Origin: Promethearchaeia archaeon
Lineage (GTDB): Archaea > Asgardarchaeota > Lokiarchaeia > Sigyniarchaeales > SOKP01
NCBI GenBank assembly: GCA_046497275.1
Contig: JAWOFX010000134.1
Coordinates: forward strand, 5,368-37,367
Direction: 5' to 3'
Length of the DNA: 32,000 nt
Of the stretch, positions 25,638 through 32,000 are shown one piece after another. Position numbers and translations under genes: made by a program. The notes under the pieces are model-generated. The model saw nothing but the letters and a program-made list of their open reading frames with translations. It had not been told where the DNA came from and searched no databases. Each line of letters opens with the position of its first letter. Position 1 is the stretch's first letter.

Positions 25638-26447
25638 ATGAAGATTCTCGTTGCTGGATTGAGAGATTACAAATCGGGAAAAACGACACTTACCTTATCA
25701 TTAATGAGGTTTTTCACAGAGAAAGATATATCTGTTTGTGGCTTTAAACCTAAATCAGGGAATAATCTATGGTATCATTGGAAAAATATTAAAAAAGCTC
25801 TTGAAGAAGGAACACTTTATGGAACAGATGCTATAGCTTTACATGAAGAAATGGAAAGAAAAGTTCCTATAACCCTCATAAATCCAGTACATCGTTTATG
25901 GATGCCAAATAGCGATAAAATAAATTTTGGAGGATTGCCTAACTTTATATTGGATCGATTAACTCTGGACAATGAACAAATCATTGCAATTAATAACCAT
26001 ATAAAATCTCCTGTTGATGATAAATATTTTAAAAAATTAATCTCGCACAGTAAAATTATGGATATACAAAATCGTGAGGATTTACAAAAATTAACACCTC
26101 TCTATGAAAAAGCAGATAAATCAGCAGAGAAAAAACTTCTTGAAGAGTTTGATATAGTCATTTGCGAAAGTTATGCGAATACTGGATTACCTTGGGACGG
26201 TATTAATGAAATTGATTATGTTTTCGTAATAGAACCCTTTTATCTTAGAATATATGATGGAGAACGATATCTAGAAGCTTCTAGATTAGTTTCTACTATT
26301 AGAATAGAGCAAACCACACAAGAAATTGTGGAACCTATTAAACCGTTAAAATCAGTTAAAATTCCTCCGTTCTCTGAAAAAATCATTGATGAGTTTAAAA
26401 AATATTTAGAACCTCAAATACAAGATCTATTCTATGATTTTCTTTAA
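25638..26447 (+). CDS. Archaeal P-loop ATPase/GTPase-like protein (COG4028-like)
   Basis: ILVAGLRDYKSGKTT Walker A variant, GFKPKSGNNLWYH, NPVHRLW, ICES; pattern recalled from the archaeal COG4028 family. Confidence 0.7.
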   Translation: MKILVAGLRDYKSGKTTLTLSLMRFFTEKDISVCGFKPKSGNNLWYHWKNIKKALEEGTLYGTDAIALHEEMERKVPITLINPVHRLWMPNSDKINFGGLPNFILDRLTLDNEQIIAINNHIKSPVDDKYFKKLISHSKIMDIQNREDLQKLTPLYEKADKSAEKKLLEEFDIVICESYANTGLPWDGINEIDYVFVIEPFYLRIYDGERYLEASRLVSTIRIEQTTQEIVEPIKPLKSVKIPPFSEKIIDEFKKYLEPQIQDLFYDFL

Positions 26448-26485
26448 AAAGGATTAATTGTTAAATAACGCTTATTAAAAGTTAT

Positions 26486-26965
26486 TCATCTAAGAATCCA
26501 TTTTGGCACGGTTGCTTGATAGGATTTATACTCTTCTCCAAACATTTCAAATAAAATGTTTTCCTCAAAGTTAACCATTCTATTGTAAACCAAAAAGATC
26601 ACAAGAATAAATGCAGCAGAAATCAGAGATATTGAGAATGCGAGACTTGCTATATAAATTAACAAAATCCCAAAATACATTGGATTCCTTGTATATTTAA
26701 AAATACCATCAGTGATAAGCGTATCGGGTGGTTCATGTGTTTTAAAAAGAGTATTATGGGATAGATAAATGAAAATGAGGGAAATTCCGAATATCAGAAT
26801 AAATAATGATAGGCGAATGAAGAATGGAATATAATTATTAAGAAATGTTGAAAACTCAAAAATGAACGAGTCTAAAAACCAAATGCTCATAAAAACAACT
26901 GGAAGTAAAGAATGATATAAATGAGCATTAGGAAATTCACGTTCATGACCTTTATGTCTTTTCAA
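26486..26965 (-). CDS. Isoprenylcysteine carboxyl methyltransferase / phospholipid methyltransferase (ICMT/PEMT)-family membrane protein
   Basis: LITDGIFKYTRNPMYFG and EENILFEMFGEEYKSYQATVPKW signature; TTG start. Confidence 0.88.
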   Translation of the reverse strand: MKRHKGHEREFPNAHLYHSLLPVVFMSIWFLDSFIFEFSTFLNNYIPFFIRLSLFILIFGISLIFIYLSHNTLFKTHEPPDTLITDGIFKYTRNPMYFGILLIYIASLAFSISLISAAFILVIFLVYNRMVNFEENILFEMFGEEYKSYQATVPKWILR

Positions 26966-27063
26966 TTGTATTAAACCTCAATATGTAATTATTTTAACCT
27001 AATTAGTAGATTAATAATGAATTAGGTTCAATACTTTATATCAATTAAGGAGTCCAATCCTTA

Positions 27064-27564
27064 TTACTCAAAGGTGAAATGCTCTCCAAATTCTCTTAAT
27101 TCATCCTTTAATTGCTTAATTTTCTCATCATTGACATGACCTTTTGTTCTCCATAGAATTTCTCCATCTTTCTTAACAATCAGTATATATATCGTATCTT
27201 CAGTATCTATATTTAACGCTTTTTTAAACTCTTTTTTATTTACGTAAAGGGTAATTGTATGATTTCTGACGTTTTTATCTGGTATTCCAGCTCTCATGCC
27301 ACCATCAATCATCCAGCTCATAAGTCTATATGCACTGCTCAATGTTGGAATTTCATAAAGATGTAAAAATTCATTTTGATCATATAGCGGTTTTAACTCA
27401 AAAGTCCACTCATCTACCATAGATTGTTGGATCCTCTGAAATGGAATAATAACGATATTTAATTCTCCTTCTAAATCTTGGGGTAATATGAAATGTTTCT
27501 TTTCTAAATTATCTCCTTCTATTTCTGGAAAGTGTTCGTTTATCATTTTTTTTAATACTCTCAA
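27064..27564 (-). CDS. Thioredoxin-fold protein resembling the ATP10 family
   Basis: FPEIEGDNLE...LPQDL, IIPFQRIQQSMVDEW, YEIPT, IDGGMRAGIP, ILIVKKDGEILWRTKG; no CxxC motif. ATG 27546 is an alternative start. Confidence 0.6.
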   Translation of the reverse strand: MRVLKKMINEHFPEIEGDNLEKKHFILPQDLEGELNIVIIPFQRIQQSMVDEWTFELKPLYDQNEFLHLYEIPTLSSAYRLMSWMIDGGMRAGIPDKNVRNHTITLYVNKKEFKKALNIDTEDTIYILIVKKDGEILWRTKGHVNDEKIKQLKDELREFGEHFTFE

Positions 27565-27730
27565 TTTGCATAATATCTTATGAATTAAGAAGCAATATGA
27601 TATAAATTGATTTTCATAATAAATAAAAAAGAATTAAAAAATTATACCAATCTGTTATAATTAGTTCCCTCTTTTAATTTTAGAATATAGAGATCTTATA
27701 TATTAAGAAAATTTAGACTAATTATACTTT

Positions 27731-29317
27731 CTATATTTGATATTCTCTTCCCTTTTGAATTTTGGTGATTGCATTTTTGAAATCAAAAAGTTCTGGCTTT
27801 TCTGTATGGATTGGAAAAATCTGTTGAGGATTTATTTTTTTTATCATTTCTTTAATCTCAGGACCAGATGCATGTCCTGAAGCATGATAACGTTCTTGTT
27901 CATATTGTAAACCAAATTTAGAAATCCAATTTAAAAGAACCTTCTCTTCAAGTTCCCCTTCTTCATCAAAAGGTTCAGTTTTAAGATTGAAATAATAACT
28001 TCCTTCTGGAGGTTGGATATCAATCAATTCATTTAAATCATAAAAACTTAATTGTAAAATATACCAGTTTGGTTCGGCATTTATTTCATAGGCTTTTGTT
28101 AGAATATCTTCACCATATAATGTTGAATAAAATTCTATTTCTTCATCTCTAGACCAGTTTGTTGTGTAAGAGAGATAATGTTTTCCAAAAGTATAATCAT
28201 CGTTGGAATAAATCATACTTGATTTACGAGGCAAATAAATTTTAAGATTTTTGTTTTTTAGAATATCTTTTAATCCCAATGAATCAAAATTTTGTAAGTT
28301 ATGAATTGTATATGCTAATTTTGATTGAATTACAAGCGTTCTTTCCAATTTTTTAGCAATTTTATAAAGAGTGTGAAAACGAGTTATAGATTTCCATGGA
28401 AATGAAGCAATTATTAGTTTTTCTGACAATTCTCCATCAGTTTTTAACTGTTGAATCATGTTTTCATAAACATTATCTTCACTCATTTCAGTCTTATCAT
28501 CTATTCTTGTTCCTTCAGTTATTAAAACCTCTGGATTAGAACGGATATTATCAAGGAAATTGAATGAGTGTTGTTTTTCAAATTTATGACCATGAAATCT
28601 AATATCTCCAGTATATATTATACATTTTCCCTCGCTTGTAAAAACTTCAAAACCCATGGCACCTGGAACTGAATGATCAACAGGATATCCCTTTACTAGA
28701 AAATTTCTGCTATTCTCTGGAATTTCAATTATATCCCTAGGTTCTATTATATTAATCATCCTATCTTCATAGCACTTTTGTTTAAATATAGTACCAGGGA
28801 AATAGCCTCTATTACCTCTCTCTCCTATCTCGCTAATATCATATCTTAAGAAATCATAATTCGATAAATCGCAAATGATTTCTATCATTTTTTTAGTTAT
28901 TTTAGAACAATAGATTGGAATTTTTGGAGATATAAATTTGATGTTTCGAAGATGATCCAAATGACAATGAGATATAAAGAGTGCTGAAATATATGGGGAA
29001 CCATGTTTTTCCACATAATCTTCATAACTCATTAAGTCAGTATGAAAAATGTATTCGCTTCTAGGATCCATCTCAGGAATGCAAACATCACATAATTTAT
29101 CCTTTCCATAAATTCCTGGAACTTTTGGCACCAAGCCTAATTCTAAATAATCTCTTAAGTCATTATTTGTCCTTGGTTTCAGAAAATCTTTATAAAATGA
29201 GTTCTCATTAGAAAAGTTCATTCCATTATCTAACATTATCCGCTTGCCTTTTTCTTCTATAACTACACAATTCCCACCGATTTTTGATATTCCGCCATAG
29301 AATGTTATTGAAGTCAT
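27731..29317 (-). CDS. Beta-CASP MBL ribonuclease (RNase J-like)
   Basis: YGG...IGGN, LDNG, SHCHLDH, VDHS, YTGD, LITEGT, HASGH and PIH motifs. Confidence 0.88.
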   Translation of the reverse strand: MTSITFYGGISKIGGNCVVIEEKGKRIMLDNGMNFSNENSFYKDFLKPRTNNDLRDYLELGLVPKVPGIYGKDKLCDVCIPEMDPRSEYIFHTDLMSYEDYVEKHGSPYISALFISHCHLDHLRNIKFISPKIPIYCSKITKKMIEIICDLSNYDFLRYDISEIGERGNRGYFPGTIFKQKCYEDRMINIIEPRDIIEIPENSRNFLVKGYPVDHSVPGAMGFEVFTSEGKCIIYTGDIRFHGHKFEKQHSFNFLDNIRSNPEVLITEGTRIDDKTEMSEDNVYENMIQQLKTDGELSEKLIIASFPWKSITRFHTLYKIAKKLERTLVIQSKLAYTIHNLQNFDSLGLKDILKNKNLKIYLPRKSSMIYSNDDYTFGKHYLSYTTNWSRDEEIEFYSTLYGEDILTKAYEINAEPNWYILQLSFYDLNELIDIQPPEGSYYFNLKTEPFDEEGELEEKVLLNWISKFGLQYEQERYHASGHASGPEIKEMIKKINPQQIFPIHTEKPELFDFKNAITKIQKGREYQI

Positions 29318-29467
29318 TTTAATCCCACATTATTGTCAAATATCTAATTAAAATTAATTATTCTGTAAATATAATATGAACCTACTTATTAAATACTAAG
29401 GAACTTAACAAAATTAATTAATTATCTTTCAGAGAAATTTTTAAAGTAATAAAATATTTTAAACAAT

Positions 29468-30658
29468 GTGATACCGGCTTGGCTAAGCTTTATTATTATA
29501 ATCGGATTGATATTATTATTTTCCAAATATGAACTAAGCATTATTTTAACAATAGGAGCAATTCTTTTCGCCCTTCTTTCACAAGTTAGTTTATTGAATT
29601 CATTTTTAAATGTTATTACTGATCCCACGACAGCTTTATTAATGGTCGCGGTAAGCTTGATTCCTATTTTAGGAGGGATTATGGGAGAATCTGGATTGAT
29701 ACTAGAACTTGTTGAGAAATTGAACGTATCAAAGCGGATTTCTATGATGGTAACTCCCGCGATTTTTGGACTCTTGCCCATCGCTGGCGGAGCCCTAATG
29801 TCTGCTCCTCTTGTTGAACAGATTGGAACGGATGTTGAGGAGAACCGCAAGGCATCAATCAACATATGGTATAGACATGTGGTAATTCTTGTATACCCAC
29901 TTTCATCCGCATTAATTATCGGAAGCGCTATTGCTAAAATTAGTCTTTATCTTATCGTTATTTCTATGATTATCCCTTTCATCCTATTAGTTATTATAGG
30001 TTATTTTCTTCTGGTTAGGTCAATTAAAGTTCCTAACAGTAAAAATGAAAGGGATTTAAAAATTGTGTTAATAAATTTCATCCCCATTATAATAGCTCCA
30101 ATTATTGATTTTATTGGAAGGACTTTTTTTAATTTTCCTCTCCCTGAAGAAACCTACCTTGTCATTGGGTTAATTATAAGTATTATAGTAGGAATGAAAA
30201 TGGGGAATATCAAATTAGGAGTTATTAAAAAAATTGCTAAAGATATGAAACTTTGGCGATTTCCCCTTCTTATATTTGGTATGTTCCTTTTCCTCGAGGT
30301 TTTCAATAATTCTAGTGTTACTATGGATATTAGTGCGCTCAATCTGCCCTTTATTCTATTTCTTTGCGTAGGATTTTTTTTAGGATATGCTACAGGGCGT
30401 GTCGAAGTTCCTTTACCTCTCTTAATTCCTATTTATTTAGATCAATACATGGTATTTATAATGCCTTTGCTCGATTTTGTGTTTCTCTACGTCGCGATAT
30501 TCCTTGGTTATTTAATTACACCAATCCATCCATGTATCTCTTATTCTGTGAGTTATTTTAAGACTACTTATAATAAGGTTATTAAAAGACTAGCCGCACC
30601 AGCTTTAATAAGCTTTGGAATCCTGCTAGCAATATATTCTTTAACTTTATTATTTTAA
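29468..30658 (+). CDS. DUF401-family membrane protein (IT/TRAP DctM-like transporter)
   Basis: About 11-12 TM helices; PAIFGLLPIAGGALMSAP, NIWYRH and GYLITPIHPC follow the DUF401 pattern; GTG start. Confidence 0.8.
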   Translation: MIPAWLSFIIIIGLILLFSKYELSIILTIGAILFALLSQVSLLNSFLNVITDPTTALLMVAVSLIPILGGIMGESGLILELVEKLNVSKRISMMVTPAIFGLLPIAGGALMSAPLVEQIGTDVEENRKASINIWYRHVVILVYPLSSALIIGSAIAKISLYLIVISMIIPFILLVIIGYFLLVRSIKVPNSKNERDLKIVLINFIPIIIAPIIDFIGRTFFNFPLPEETYLVIGLIISIIVGMKMGNIKLGVIKKIAKDMKLWRFPLLIFGMFLFLEVFNNSSVTMDISALNLPFILFLCVGFFLGYATGRVEVPLPLLIPIYLDQYMVFIMPLLDFVFLYVAIFLGYLITPIHPCISYSVSYFKTTYNKVIKRLAAPALISFGILLAIYSLTLLF

Positions 30659-30820
30659 AAAAAAAATTAGAATTTTTAGTAAGATTGGAGTAATAATTCA
30701 TACAAATCTAAGTTTAAGATTTTTATGGATAATTCCCCTATGGTGTTGGGATTTCATTTGTTTTCACTGACTTAAATTTAATTTATGAATAAGATTCCAA
30801 TTATTCAACATAATCCACGA

Positions 30821-31360
30821 TCATTCAATATTTACAATTCCGAGTAAGAATCTTACCAATCCATTAAGAAGCAAAGAGATGGAAAAAGTCACGATTATAT
30901 AGATAAATCCTAGTATAGGAAAGAGTATGACCAAGAAAGCAAGGATGATTGTTATTAACCCCACTACTATAAATAATCCACGCATCCAACCCCAATATTC
31001 CTTCATTAAAATTCCTTCAAAAAATCGCACTAATCCTGTTAATAAAAACGCTATCCCTATCCATATAATCAATATTGTTATAGCGAGTGTAGGATTTGTA
31101 ATTGTTAAAAAAACTGTAATCAACGATAGAATTATGATCGCAACACTTACAACAAGCCTCCATATTAATTGGATATTAGATAATTTTTCATCAGTTAATG
31201 CATCAATCATTCTTGCAAATCCGACAATTAACATACCGATTCCCAAAAATATAAGGAATGCAATTACCGCTTCAACAGAAAATATTAGAACTAGAATTGC
31301 TAATCCCATCTCGACAAGTCCTGTCACAATGTTATATATTCTTATATTGTTTTTCTCCAT
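30821..31360 (-). CDS. HdeD/DUF308-family membrane protein
   Basis: Six TM helices with an internal repeat (GIGMLIVGFAR / GIAFLLTGLVR / SLLLNGLVR), typical of DUF308. Confidence 0.75.
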   Translation of the reverse strand: MEKNNIRIYNIVTGLVEMGLAILVLIFSVEAVIAFLIFLGIGMLIVGFARMIDALTDEKLSNIQLIWRLVVSVAIIILSLITVFLTITNPTLAITILIIWIGIAFLLTGLVRFFEGILMKEYWGWMRGLFIVVGLITIILAFLVILFPILGFIYIIVTFSISLLLNGLVRFLLGIVNIE

Positions 31361-31636
31361 TATTTATCACCAAAATGTATACAGAAGATAAAATATTTGT
31401 TCTTAAATATCTTAAATTTATAGGTTATTAATTAAGAGGAAAGAGCCTAAAGTATTATAAGGAACCAAATAATTAAAAAAAACTGATAATTTAATAAGAT
31501 ATTTGAAGATTAATTTCTCTCTTCTAGAATATTTCCTTAATTTTATTATTTTAGCAATAATTAAAATTTTTAGAAAGATTGGTGTAAATAATTTTATTCC
31601 GATTCTATAGAAAATATAAATTAATAATACATATCA

Positions 31637-32000
31637 ATGCCTTCTAACTATAGAAAGCGAGATAAGGGAGAATATTTTACTCCGAAATCAATAGCTTACT
31701 ACTTAACGAGAAAAGCATTACAATATTATCTAAACGATCCAAATCAGTACGAGTTAAATTATACCCCCTTAAACCAAGAGATCACATCCTCAAACATAGA
31801 AAAAGAAAAGATAGAAAAAATCAATATCTTAGATCCATCATGCGGAGAGGGTATCTTTCTGAAAACCGCAATTTCTATTCTACATGATTTAAAGTCTAAT
31901 TTTTACAAAAACAGCGCCAATTCTAAAAAATTAAGCGATGAAGAAATTTATCAGCACATCATTTTCAACAATATTCATGGAATAGATATAAATTTTTCCA
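31637..32000 (+). CDS. N6-adenine DNA methyltransferase (Eco57I/TaqI-like), N-terminal fragment running off the window
   Basis: Not in the ORF track. Manual translation from ATG 31637 gives MPSNYRKRDKGEYFTPKSIAYYL...INILDPSCGEGIFL...NNIHGIDIN, containing motif X (GxYFTP), SAM-binding motif I (DPSCGxG) and motif II (GIDIN). Confidence 0.9.
   Translation, partial: MPSNYRKRDKGEYFTPKSIAYYLTRKALQYYLNDPNQYELNYTPLNQEITSSNIEKEKIEKINILDPSCGEGIFLKTAISILHDLKSNFYKNSANSKKLSDEEIYQHIIFNNIHGIDINFS

Noticed and set aside
30743-30773. Weak hairpin (AATTCCC...GGGATTT) between the convergent DUF401 and HdeD genes as an ncRNA
   Set aside because: Short imperfect stem with no further structure; at most part of a terminator.
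1590-30823. Selenocysteine or pyrrolysine read-through at TGA/TAG stops (examined 1590-1592, 8490-8492, 12214-12216, 23395-23397)
   Set aside because: The proteins appear complete at these stops. Downstream frames either close quickly, read as non-coding AT-rich sequence, or overlap the next gene's start.
1017-31391. About 27 short ORFs in the track that lie antisense to or nested in longer genes (e.g. 3796-4092, 4599-4901, 7086-7370, 23513-23845, 29422-29865, 30927-31391)
   Set aside because: Each lies wholly or almost wholly within a gene with clear family motifs and has no motif or RBS of its own; they look like shadow ORFs.
1-32000. CRISPR arrays, tRNA/rRNA genes, IS elements or integrases
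   Set aside because: No regularly spaced repeats, no GC-rich structured RNA-like stretch and no transposase or recombinase motifs were seen by eye.

Overview
AT-rich (roughly 30% GC by eye), gene-dense archaeal chromosome segment. An Asgard archaeon of the Lokiarchaeia type is most likely; this is inferred from GGTGA/GAGGT ribosome-binding sites, TTTATA boxes, an archaeal COG4028-like ATPase, a wHTH family I associate with Lokiarchaeia, and expanded sulfatase/DUF169 paralogs. It was not confirmed by any search. I see no rRNA, tRNA, CRISPR array or transposase. Four blocks stand out. (1) 1-5231: a sulfatase fragment divergent from a URO-D/MtaA-type gene, then a PadR-ABC exporter-surface glycoprotein operon with a tandem palindromic operator. 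(2) 5619-9888: a + strand run of STAY-GREEN-like Mg-dechelatase homolog, class II CPD photolyase, DUF523-DUF1722 (YbgA/RudS-type) desulfidase, amino-acid racemase and ferritin, which reads as a light/photo-oxidative protection cluster. (3) 10659-23397: the best candidate for an undescribed system. It is a 12.7-kb divergent locus with two paralogous Cys-type sulfatases at the distal ends of its arms, an alkylsulfatase-like and an RNase Z/AtsA-like metallo-beta-lactamase (MBL), three DUF169 proteins, two RdhA/QueG-like Fe-S (probably cobamide) reductases, a Cys-rich Fe-S protein and an MFS transporter, all around a promoter region full of repeats. (4) 23518-32000: mixed housekeeping/accessory genes, ending in a partial N6-adenine DNA methyltransferase. 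Two partial genes missing from the ORF track were read manually (1-256 minus; 31637-32000 plus). All functional calls come from motif recognition without database searches.
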